Part shown: piece by piece, positions 1-8,049 of the stretch
How the letters are laid out: each line of letters begins with the position of its first letter
How positions within the stretch are numbered: position 1 is the first letter of the stretch
Source of the DNA: Lachnospiraceae bacterium
Lineage (GTDB): Bacteria; Bacillota; Clostridia; Lachnospirales; Lachnospiraceae
Direction: 5' to 3'
Length of the DNA: 64,000 nucleotides
Assembly: GCA_047974745.1 (NCBI GenBank)
Contig: JBKECO010000031.1
Coordinates: forward strand, 33,478 to 97,477
The notes under the pieces: model-generated
Database searches by the model: none
The model's input: only the letters and a program-made list of their open reading frames with translations
Told to the model about the DNA's origin: nothing
Translations under genes and position numbers: made by a program

Positions 1-1
1 A

Positions 2-874
2 GAAGATACAAAAATGCCGCTAGAGGCAGCGAATCAGCAATACAGACCGTATCTGATCTTTGCTAATATACTTCTGGTCCTCATTTTAATTATCCTGCTG
101 CTGATCACTTCAAAACTTGCAAATCAGATGTCGAATGCATTGATCCGCCCACTTAACCTCTTTGTTCAAAAAGTAAAAGATGGCGATCTTGGACTTGGTC
201 CCGATCTTGATCTGAAGTCTGATATTACTGAAATCATCTTATTGCAGAATACCTTCAATGATCTGCAGCAGAATTTAAATAAACATATTTTGCAGCTCGT
301 TCATACAGAAAAGGAAAAAGAGAAAGAAATTGCAGCAAATTTACTGCTCCGTGAGCTTTCTTACAAAGACATGCTGACCGGTGTCTATAATCGTCGGCGT
401 CTCGAGGAGGAGCTGGATCGGATGATCAATCAGTCTTATCCGAACCACCAGGCATTTTCTGTGATTTTAATGGATATTGACTATTTTAAAAAGATCAATG
501 ACACCTATGGACATGATAAGGGAGATGAAGTCTTAAAGAGCATTAGCCGAATTATTCAAAAAGAGCTGTCACCGGATGAGATTTTCGGAAGATGGGGCGG
601 CGAAGAATTTCTTATTATTTCAGCTAAGTCTGAATTTGCATCTGTTGTTCATCTTGGTGAGCGAATTCGAACGAAAATATATGATGCGATCCTGATTCCA
701 AATCATCCGATCAGTATCAGCCTTGGAATTGCTGAGATCTGCAGCTGTGATGATAAGTATTCTCTGTTCAAGCGAGTTGATGAATTACTCTATAAAGCTA
801 AGAATTCCGGCCGCAACCGTGTGGTCGCTTCTGATGAATGCAACCTAGAACGAAATGATTCCTCTGATGAATAA
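2..874 (+). CDS. GGDEF-domain diguanylate cyclase; 5' end probably lies outside the window
   Basis: The frame is open from base 2 up to the first listed Met at 14. It has a TM helix (YLIFANILLVLILIILLLI), a HAMP-like linker, and a GGDEF domain with the RWGGEEF motif. Confidence 0.85.
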   Translation, partial: EDTKMPLEAANQQYRPYLIFANILLVLILIILLLITSKLANQMSNALIRPLNLFVQKVKDGDLGLGPDLDLKSDITEIILLQNTFNDLQQNLNKHILQLVHTEKEKEKEIAANLLLRELSYKDMLTGVYNRRRLEEELDRMINQSYPNHQAFSVILMDIDYFKKINDTYGHDKGDEVLKSISRIIQKELSPDEIFGRWGGEEFLIISAKSEFASVVHLGERIRTKIYDAILIPNHPISISLGIAEICSCDDKYSLFKRVDELLYKAKNSGRNRVVASDECNLERNDSSDE

Positions 875-912
875 AAATATCCCCCTGTCTTTTGGTGACA
901 GGGGGATATTTT
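874..912. terminator. Bidirectional intrinsic terminator between convergent genes
   Basis: Perfect 16-bp stem aaaatatccccctgtc / gacagggggatatttt with a 7-nt loop. It is flanked by an A-run and a T-run. Confidence 0.8.
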
Positions 913-971
913 ATGGAGATATCCTGTTAGCTTTCCAGATTCATAGTCATATCGATGGTACCTATCCATTA

Positions 972-1334
972 TCATTTCGATGCTACCAGAAATTCTTCTG
1001 CTTCCTCCACACTGGATGCAAAAAAAACATCTTTTCCATTGTTGCATTCATAGATAAAATCCTGTAATGCTTTACTTGTATACTTGGAAAAATCTCCTAC
1101 AATTGCAATTTTCATATCATAATTGACATATTTTTGCAGGATCTCACCCGCAAGCTTTGAACTCAGATCAAAAAAATCTTCTATAATTGCCTCTTTGTGA
1201 ATAATCATCCCATGACATTCATATTCAAACTGAATTGTCGCCATCAAATCCAGTGCTGACTGCAGGTCTGTCACCAGAATTTCCTCTGTCTGAATATGTG
1301 CGATTTTTTCATTTTTCAATTGTACTACTTTCAT
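972..1334 (-). CDS. DUF4180-like protein (120 aa)
   Basis: The listed ORF was trimmed to the ATG at 1334, which is preceded by GGAGG 5 nt upstream. The sequence (SALDLMATIQFEYECHGMIIHKEAIIEDFF..LAGEILQKYVNYDMKIAIVGDFS) matches my recollection of DUF4180 proteins. Confidence 0.65.
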   Translation of the reverse strand: MKVVQLKNEKIAHIQTEEILVTDLQSALDLMATIQFEYECHGMIIHKEAIIEDFFDLSSKLAGEILQKYVNYDMKIAIVGDFSKYTSKALQDFIYECNNGKDVFFASSVEEAEEFLVASK

Positions 1335-1496
1335 CTGAACCTCCAATTCTTCTTCGTCCAATCCTGTCGTTTTGTGCTGATCATGTACTTGCAAAGCATT
1401 CCTATTTATGGAATTCTTAATTTCAAAAGAACTTGCCGCTAACATACAAAAAAACCAGCTCATACTCGGAATCCCTTGTATTTACTGGTTTTTTTA

Positions 1497-1569
1497 AGCG
1501 ATAGACGGGACTCGAACCCGCGGTCTCGACCTTGGCAAGGTCGCGCGTTACCAACTACGCCACTATCGC
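1497..1569 (-). tRNA. tRNA-Gly (anticodon GCC); CCA not encoded
   Basis: The reverse complement is GCGATAGTGGCGTAGTTGGTAACGCGCGACCTTGCCAAGGTCGAGACCGCGGGTTCGAGTCCCGTCTATCGCT. Acceptor stem is GCGATAG/CTATCGC. Anticodon stem is CGACC/GGTCG with loop TTGCCAA. The T-loop GGTTCGAGTCC is present. Confidence 0.92.
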
Positions 1570-1622
1570 AAATGCCATAAATCAAACTCATTTCTTGCCT
1601 TCCTGTCTTAGGCACATGTGTT

Positions 1623-1651
1623 ATATTACATGATAAATTGTACTTTGTCAA
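1623..1651 (-). promoter_or_regulatory. Candidate sigma-A promoter for tRNA-Gly
   Basis: Minus strand reads TTGACA, a 17-nt spacer, then TAATAT. It ends about 50 nt upstream of the tRNA 5' end. Confidence 0.4.
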
Positions 1652-1874
1652 TATATATTTCCAAAAATTGATTACAGTGTCAAAAGTGTTTTACCATGTC
1701 ATGCTCGCATGTAAGTGGTAACAACACTTTATGACACGCCCCACAATGAGGATGAAATGGGGCAGCTGCCCCATGAGAATCCGAATTGGGGGGAGGATTG
1801 TGGGAGTGCAAAGCACGAAACAATCCGTAATCAATAAAGAAATGGGGCGGCATGTTTTACCACCTTAACCAATA

Positions 1875-3482
1875 TTATAATAATGGCTGCCTCTTATCCG
1901 TGTACATCATCATATCTGCCTGATGTATTACTTCATAAATACTGGAATCCTCGACGCGCCCTGTAGCGTATCCAATTGCGATATGACCCAAAAAGCAATA
2001 GTCCTCAGATTCAACAATAATCTTTGCTTTTCTGATTTTTGACAGGATACATTGCTTTTCCTTCTCAGTGAGGTGCTCACAAAATACACAGAATTCATCT
2101 CCGCCGATCCGGTAGATCTTGTGATCAAAATAGAAACTGGAGCGAATGATCTCTCCTGCTCTTTTTATATAGGTATCACCCTCTGTATGACCAATATTGT
2201 CATTGCAGTATTTCAAATGATTCAGATCCATCATGAACACAGTGACTGCTGTCAAATCCTGATTCTCATATTTTCTAAGATCCCTGTTAAAAGCAGTTCG
2301 ATTCAATAGATCTGTCATAGAATCGGTAAATGCCAGATTTTGGAAGCTGTCAGCTTTATTGGCCAGTCGAACATAGGAAACTGCATCGCTGGATATCAAA
2401 AATCCCATGATAATAATGTAGACAAAATATGTAATTCGTCCGAATCGATTTCTATCCTCCAACGTCCAGTACAGTAAAATGATATCAATTATAAAGCCAA
2501 GTACCATGAAGCCCGTCAGACTTAAGTAGAGTATGTGTTTTTGATCCAAAAGCCGATTCTTGATTTCACGAAAAAATTCACACATGATATATAGGGTAAA
2601 AAGAATCATTACTATGTGAATATAGAACAAAGACTCGTGATAATCCACTTCATTTGCAATCTGCAAAAGAGTACTAAAAATCAAAAGGGAAAGAATGATC
2701 CCGATAAACACATCCCAGATCTTTGATGCCCTGTTTGCGAACATCATTCTGATATAGGAGATCCACGCAATAAAGGTAAGGTACATCAACTGACCGGCAG
2801 TGTAATCCACGATCAGATTGTTAGATATCATGATCCTGGTAAAATCCAGCTTGCACAACGACCACACTCCGATCATTATGGAAAAAACAGAAAGAAGCAG
2901 CAGCTCATTGTTTTTTTTTGGTTCCGCCTTCCATAGCAGAAACCAGTAAAAAAGCAATCCCAGACCTGTCATGATCGTCAGAAAATTGATTATCATCGAT
3001 GCATGGTCACGGCTGAATAAATAAGCGGTGATCTGCTGCACTTCACCTACAAGGATCTCATCAGTCATTTTCGAGACTCCCAAATGAGGATAGATATCCT
3101 GCAGCAATATCGTGATCGGTCTGCCCAAATCAGTCGGCAAGATCGTGATATAGTTCCATCGAGTTCCTGTGGTATGACCAAACAGATTATTGCCAGGACG
3201 AAGCTCACACAGAATATGGTTCTCTGTGTATACTGTCAGTATCTGATTCTGTGTCCTGACTGCCATGATTATCAGATCTGTTGGCTGGTCCGGGATTTCA
3301 AATACGATCTGAACCTCATTCTCTGACGGATAAGACATTGTATATTCCGTCACTTCCTGAAATCCATCCCAGTTAAAGATCGCAGTATTTTCATGATTAC
3401 CAACCCGAAGACCAACAAGAAAAATCAGTAATGAAGACAAAGCTACAGCAAATAGAATTCCAGCTGTAAAAATTCGATTCAT
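1875..3482 (-). CDS. Membrane sensor diguanylate cyclase (extracellular N-domain, ~7 TM helices, GGDEF)
   Basis: 535-aa ORF with GGGGGAGG upstream of the ATG. It has an N-terminal signal or TM segment, a multi-TM block, and a C-terminal GGDEF domain (LNRTAFNRDL..., RIGGDEF). Confidence 0.85.
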   Translation of the reverse strand: MNRIFTAGILFAVALSSLLIFLVGLRVGNHENTAIFNWDGFQEVTEYTMSYPSENEVQIVFEIPDQPTDLIIMAVRTQNQILTVYTENHILCELRPGNNLFGHTTGTRWNYITILPTDLGRPITILLQDIYPHLGVSKMTDEILVGEVQQITAYLFSRDHASMIINFLTIMTGLGLLFYWFLLWKAEPKKNNELLLLSVFSIMIGVWSLCKLDFTRIMISNNLIVDYTAGQLMYLTFIAWISYIRMMFANRASKIWDVFIGIILSLLIFSTLLQIANEVDYHESLFYIHIVMILFTLYIMCEFFREIKNRLLDQKHILYLSLTGFMVLGFIIDIILLYWTLEDRNRFGRITYFVYIIIMGFLISSDAVSYVRLANKADSFQNLAFTDSMTDLLNRTAFNRDLRKYENQDLTAVTVFMMDLNHLKYCNDNIGHTEGDTYIKRAGEIIRSSFYFDHKIYRIGGDEFCVFCEHLTEKEKQCILSKIRKAKIIVESEDYCFLGHIAIGYATGRVEDSSIYEVIHQADMMMYTDKRQPLL

Positions 3483-3530
3483 TACATCACCTCCCCCTTG
3501 TGATCATGAACATATATTAGGTAAGTAAAT

Positions 3531-4475
3531 TCAGAGCATCTTTAACTTCCTTAAAATAATAATAACTAACACGCAAATAATTGCAGCCAGAGCACATATG
3601 ATTAAAAATCCGTATGGTACGTTGGCTAGTGGTACCCATTTTGAGGCAACATTCATCCCATAAAGTCCGGAGATGACGGTCGGGATAGCCATGACCAGTG
3701 TAATGGAGGTTAGGAATTTCATGATATCATTCATACGGTTATTAATCATACTCGATACAAGATCTCTGGTTCCGTGAATGATATCCCGATAAATATTCGT
3801 CATCTCGATGGCCTGTCGATTCTCGACGATCACATCATCCAACAGCTCTTTGTCCTCCGGGTAGAGTTCGATTCTCTCATAGCGGGTCAAACGCTCAAGA
3901 ACGATGCTGTTCGCACTTAACGAAGTCGCAAAGTAAACAAGGTTCGTATCCAGCTCATGCAGATTGATCAAATCAGAATCCTCTGTTATATCCGTTCCGA
4001 CTCTTTTCTCGATCTCACTTCTCTTCTTATCGATCACTCGCAGAAATGCCTGATATAGATTTGTCGTACGAAGCAGGATCTGATACACAAACCGCATCTT
4101 CTTCTTCGTACTAAATCCTCGCATCCTGTTATTGGAAAAGTAATTTAATATAATGGTGTCATCACCACAAACAGTAATGATCGCATTGCGCACTAATAGA
4201 ATGCCTAATGGCATTGTTGTATAAGCTCTTTGTTCATTTCTGATTTCTTCAAAAGGAATATCTACCAAGATCAGGGTATACCCTTCTTCCATCTGAACAC
4301 GGGAGCTTTCCTCTTCATCGAGCGCAGCCCTAAGGTCGGCTATATCGATATCATAATATTTTGCGACTTCTGTCAGTTCTTCCATACTGGGAGAGATCAT
4401 ATTGATCCAGACATCAGGCTCAAAGCCCTCTTTTTCTTCAATAGCGCCGCTTTCTGTTTTATAAATCGTTCTCAT
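3531..4475 (-). CDS. corA: CorA-family magnesium/cobalt transporter
   Basis: 314 aa with two C-terminal TM helices and the signature YGMNV motif. A GGAGG RBS is present. Confidence 0.85.
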   Translation of the reverse strand: MRTIYKTESGAIEEKEGFEPDVWINMISPSMEELTEVAKYYDIDIADLRAALDEEESSRVQMEEGYTLILVDIPFEEIRNEQRAYTTMPLGILLVRNAIITVCGDDTIILNYFSNNRMRGFSTKKKMRFVYQILLRTTNLYQAFLRVIDKKRSEIEKRVGTDITEDSDLINLHELDTNLVYFATSLSANSIVLERLTRYERIELYPEDKELLDDVIVENRQAIEMTNIYRDIIHGTRDLVSSMINNRMNDIMKFLTSITLVMAIPTVISGLYGMNVASKWVPLANVPYGFLIICALAAIICVLVIIILRKLKML

Positions 4476-4644
4476 TCTTGCGCCTCCGAGATCCTTATAT
4501 CATACTTATCTATGATTATATCAAGACTATTCTTTTTTTACTAGTACAATGTAGAAATCACTGTAGACGATTCTGGTTACTGCTTGTAGAATTCATGGAT
4601 CAGGAGTATGATAATAAAATACTGGAACAAAAAAGGAGTTTTTT

Positions 4645-5331
4645 ATGATTACAGAGGAAATTACACAGATTTTGACAGAAAAGTTGAATTTTTGGGATAA
4701 ACTGACAAATAACCAGAAAGCCAGACTGATCGACAGTACCATGGTCTTTAAATATGAAAAAGGCAGAGCTCTGCACTTTGGTGATTTTGATTGTGTCGGT
4801 GTACTGATCGTCAAAGAAGGAATCATGAGAACCTATATTACCTCGGAAGAAGGTCGTGAAGCTACCTTGTACCGACTCGATCGGGGTGATATCTGCATTT
4901 TATCTGCATCTTGTATCCTGCAGACCATCAGCTTTGATGTCTCGATCGATGCCGAAACCGATTGTGAAGTCATACAGATATCCACTTCCACCTTTGCAAA
5001 AATTGCAGAAGAAAATATATATGCTGAGTTGTTTTCTTACCGGCTTGCAACAGAGCGGTTTTCTGATGTCATGTGGGCAATGCAGCAGCTGTTATTTACC
5101 AGTATTGACAAGAGACTTGCGGCTTTCCTGATCGATGAGAGTACAAAAAATCACTCCCCGAGCATCCTGATGACGCATGAACAGATCGCAAAAAATCTTG
5201 GAACTGCCCGAGAAGTGATTTCTCGTATGTTAAAACAATTTTCTCACAAAGGATATGTATCCTTGTTTCGTGGTGGTATCACCATCGTAGATAAACAGGC
5301 ATTGAAAAATACTGTTCTACATTTGAACTGA
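4645..5331 (+). CDS. Crp/Fnr-family transcriptional regulator
   Basis: 228 aa with a cNMP-binding-like beta-barrel and a C-terminal HTH (THEQIAKNLGTAREVISRMLK). AAGGAG RBS. There is no N-terminal Cys cluster. Confidence 0.85.
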   Translation: MITEEITQILTEKLNFWDKLTNNQKARLIDSTMVFKYEKGRALHFGDFDCVGVLIVKEGIMRTYITSEEGREATLYRLDRGDICILSASCILQTISFDVSIDAETDCEVIQISTSTFAKIAEENIYAELFSYRLATERFSDVMWAMQQLLFTSIDKRLAAFLIDESTKNHSPSILMTHEQIAKNLGTAREVISRMLKQFSHKGYVSLFRGGITIVDKQALKNTVLHLN

Positions 5332-5347
5332 ACCCATAGGAATTCAA

Positions 5348-5385
5348 CTTATATCTATTGACCTTATATCTATTGATCTTATATA
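5348..5385. repeat. Tandem direct repeat, ~15-nt period, ~2.5 copies (cttatatctattga)
   Basis: Copies of cttatatctattga lie at 5348-5361 and 5363-5376. A partial third copy, cttatata, starts at 5378 and overlaps the stop codon of the downstream minus-strand gene. Confidence 0.6.
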
Positions 5386-7883
5386 AACAGATTTACATTT
5401 GACTCTTCCGCATCTCCCAGATAGGAGGCAACGCCTGCATATTCTACTCCATCCAGCAGTTCTTCTTTTGTGATTCCCATAATATCCATGGACATTGTAC
5501 ATGCTATGAGCTTAACGCCATTGTCCATGGCCTTTTTCATGAGTTCTTCCAGTGAATCGACATTCTTATCATTCATGACCTTTTTCATCATGGCCGTTCC
5601 CATTCCACTCATATTCATTTTAGAGAGCTTCAGCTTCTTGCTTCCCTTAGGCATCATCCCACCGAACATGGAATCGATCAGTGATTTTTTCACTTTTGGA
5701 CCATCGCTCTTACGAAGAATGTTCAGTCCCCAGAAAGTAAAGAACAACGTGACCTTTCTTCCCATTGCAGCAGCACCATTCGCAATAATAAATGCAGCAA
5801 GCGCCTTGTCAAAATCCCCGCTGAATACAACGATCGTCTTGCCATCAGGCAGTGCTGTCAAGGTGCCTTCATTGATATCACAATCTTCAGAACCCTTTTT
5901 AATAAATACGATATTCTCTTTATTTTTACGCTCGACTCTCAGAAGTGTATTTCCTGTTCTTCTGCACCAGGAATCTACATCTGCTGCAAATCCCATATCC
6001 GTTGCTGAGACTTGCAGAACCTCATTTTCTTCCATTTCACAGATCGCTTCATGTACCTTCATAATTGGACCAGGGCACTGGAGGCCGCTGCAGTCGAGAA
6101 TACGGATCTCCTTACTGCTGATAATATTGCTTCCAGAATTCTCGGACTCTGCTTTGTGTGCTATCATGATCTCTTTCTCCTGATATCCTTGTTTCTTCTT
6201 ATCAAAATGGTGCATTGACTTATAGAATGAGGTTCCGCCGGAAAGTACCTTCACATGCTCGAATCCTCTTTGTATCAGTATTCTGGCCGCATTATAAGAG
6301 CGAACACCTACTGCACAATATACAACGATCGTTTTGCCAGAATCCAGTTCTCCAATCCTGTCCCGAAGCTGTCCGAGCGGGATGTGAACGGAATTTGGAA
6401 TGGAATATACCATCCGTTCCATCTCTTCCGTGATATCCAGTATTATCAGATCATTGACTTTGAATGGATCTTTGCTCCACTCATCCATTTCATCCCATTC
6501 CATAAAACTCACGAGACCGTTCAGTACATTTTCTGCCACGAAACCAAGCATGTTTACAGGATCCTTCGCTGATGAGAAGGGTGGTGCATAGGCCAGCTCC
6601 AGATCTTTGAGATCGGATACCGTTCCATTCAGTCGCATTGTCGTTGCAATTGTATCAATTCGTTTGTCTACACCCTCCTGACCGACGATCTGAGCCCCAT
6701 AAATGGTCTTGTCCTCATCAAAGATCAGCTTTAGTGTGACCGGTACTGCTCCGGGATAATAACCGGCATGAGACTTCTGATTGATTAAAATCGTGAAATA
6801 GTCCCTATCTTTTTTCTTTCCCATTGCAGCCAACTGCTTCTCATTGAGTCCTACCGACGCCACATCCAGATCAAATACTTTTGCCACTGCGGTTCCTAGT
6901 GATCCTTTATAACTGACTGTTGTATCACCAGTTAGAATGTCTGCTAGTATCCTGGCCTGCTTATTTGCCGGTCCGGCAAGGGGAATCATCGTTTTCTCTT
7001 TCGTAACGTATTGATCGACTTCTATTACGTCTCCAACTGCATAAACACTCTTGGCAGATGTTTCAAAATGCTTGTTGACAATGATACCGCCTCTGCTGTT
7101 GCGTGCAATTCCTGCGTCTGTGGCAAGTTCACTATTTGGCTTGACTCCAATTGCCAGTACGATCAGATCAGAACGTAAGGAATGACCGCTTGTCAGCTCG
7201 ATTTTTGTCATATCATTTTCATGGGTGAACGAAGCGACTCCATCACCAAGGATAAGATCGACTTTGTTCTGCCGCATGTTTTCATGCAATAGATTTGCCA
7301 TTTCGAAATCAACTGGAGCCATGACCTGGTTCTGCATTTCAATGAGGGTCACTTTCAAACCTAATTCATGGAGATTCTCTGCCATCTCAAGCCCAATAAA
7401 TCCACCACCTACAATAGCAGCAGATTTCAAATTGTGTTCACTGATATATTTTTTAATTCGGTCTGTATCGGGTACTGTCCAGACAGTAAATACATTTTCC
7501 GCATCTATACCAGGAATGTTTGGTCTGATCGGTGCTGATCCTGTTGCAATAACAAGATAATCATAGGCCTCTTCATAGGATTCCTGTGTCTTTTTATTTT
7601 GGACAATGACCTTTTTCTCATCCGGAAGTATTTTCGTCACTTCACTGAGCACTCTGACATCAATATTGAATTTCTTCTTCATTGCCTCAGGGGTCTGCAG
7701 CAATAATGCATCTCTGCTTTTTATAACATCACCAACAAAATAGGGAAGTCCGCAGTTTGCATAGGAGATATATTCCCCCTTCTCAAACATAATGATTTCC
7801 ATCGACTCATCTTTTCTTCTGAGTCGAGCTGCAGTGGTCGCTCCACCAGCAACACCGCCAATAATGATCGTCTTTTTACTCAT
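5379..7883 (-). CDS. Four-domain sulfur-trafficking oxidoreductase: CoA-disulfide/persulfide reductase, rhodanese, TusA/SirA, DsrE-like
   Basis: 834 aa. Motifs are GGVAGG FAD-binding, the redox Cys in SYANCGLPYF, the rhodanese loop CAVGVR, the TusA motif LQCPGP, and a C-terminal DsrE/DrsE-like domain. Confidence 0.85.
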   Translation of the reverse strand: MSKKTIIIGGVAGGATTAARLRRKDESMEIIMFEKGEYISYANCGLPYFVGDVIKSRDALLLQTPEAMKKKFNIDVRVLSEVTKILPDEKKVIVQNKKTQESYEEAYDYLVIATGSAPIRPNIPGIDAENVFTVWTVPDTDRIKKYISEHNLKSAAIVGGGFIGLEMAENLHELGLKVTLIEMQNQVMAPVDFEMANLLHENMRQNKVDLILGDGVASFTHENDMTKIELTSGHSLRSDLIVLAIGVKPNSELATDAGIARNSRGGIIVNKHFETSAKSVYAVGDVIEVDQYVTKEKTMIPLAGPANKQARILADILTGDTTVSYKGSLGTAVAKVFDLDVASVGLNEKQLAAMGKKKDRDYFTILINQKSHAGYYPGAVPVTLKLIFDEDKTIYGAQIVGQEGVDKRIDTIATTMRLNGTVSDLKDLELAYAPPFSSAKDPVNMLGFVAENVLNGLVSFMEWDEMDEWSKDPFKVNDLIILDITEEMERMVYSIPNSVHIPLGQLRDRIGELDSGKTIVVYCAVGVRSYNAARILIQRGFEHVKVLSGGTSFYKSMHHFDKKKQGYQEKEIMIAHKAESENSGSNIISSKEIRILDCSGLQCPGPIMKVHEAICEMEENEVLQVSATDMGFAADVDSWCRRTGNTLLRVERKNKENIVFIKKGSEDCDINEGTLTALPDGKTIVVFSGDFDKALAAFIIANGAAAMGRKVTLFFTFWGLNILRKSDGPKVKKSLIDSMFGGMMPKGSKKLKLSKMNMSGMGTAMMKKVMNDKNVDSLEELMKKAMDNGVKLIACTMSMDIMGITKEELLDGVEYAGVASYLGDAEESNVNLFI

Positions 7884-8049
7884 TTCTACTCCTTTAATCC
7901 CTTTTATCTGTATTGTTAAATCTTTGTCAATCCTGCCTGCGATTCTACATTTTGTTTTTTACAACACAAATGATGGGTTGTGGCAGGAATATCCTTACCT
8001 ATCATACAGAAAAAACGGCAGTACTTCTGTGACATTATCACATTGATCC

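Noticed and set aside
1747-1890. 47-codon plus-strand ORF (MRMKWGSCPMRIRIGGRIVGV...) in the structured intergenic region
   Set aside because: It has no Shine-Dalgarno sequence. The reading frame runs through palindromic stems, and the arginine-rich composition looks like a by-product of G/C-rich helices.
4476-4644. Possible M-box (Mg2+) riboswitch upstream of corA
   Set aside because: The 169-nt divergent spacer is AT-rich. It has none of the conserved G/C-rich M-box helices that I could recognise.
5470-6183. 237-aa plus-strand ORF, with several shorter ones, inside the 834-aa reductase gene
   Set aside because: It is antisense to a gene with unmistakable domain motifs. Its composition is low-complexity and rich in Ser, Phe, Pro and Leu, and it has no RBS. 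This is a typical shadow ORF.
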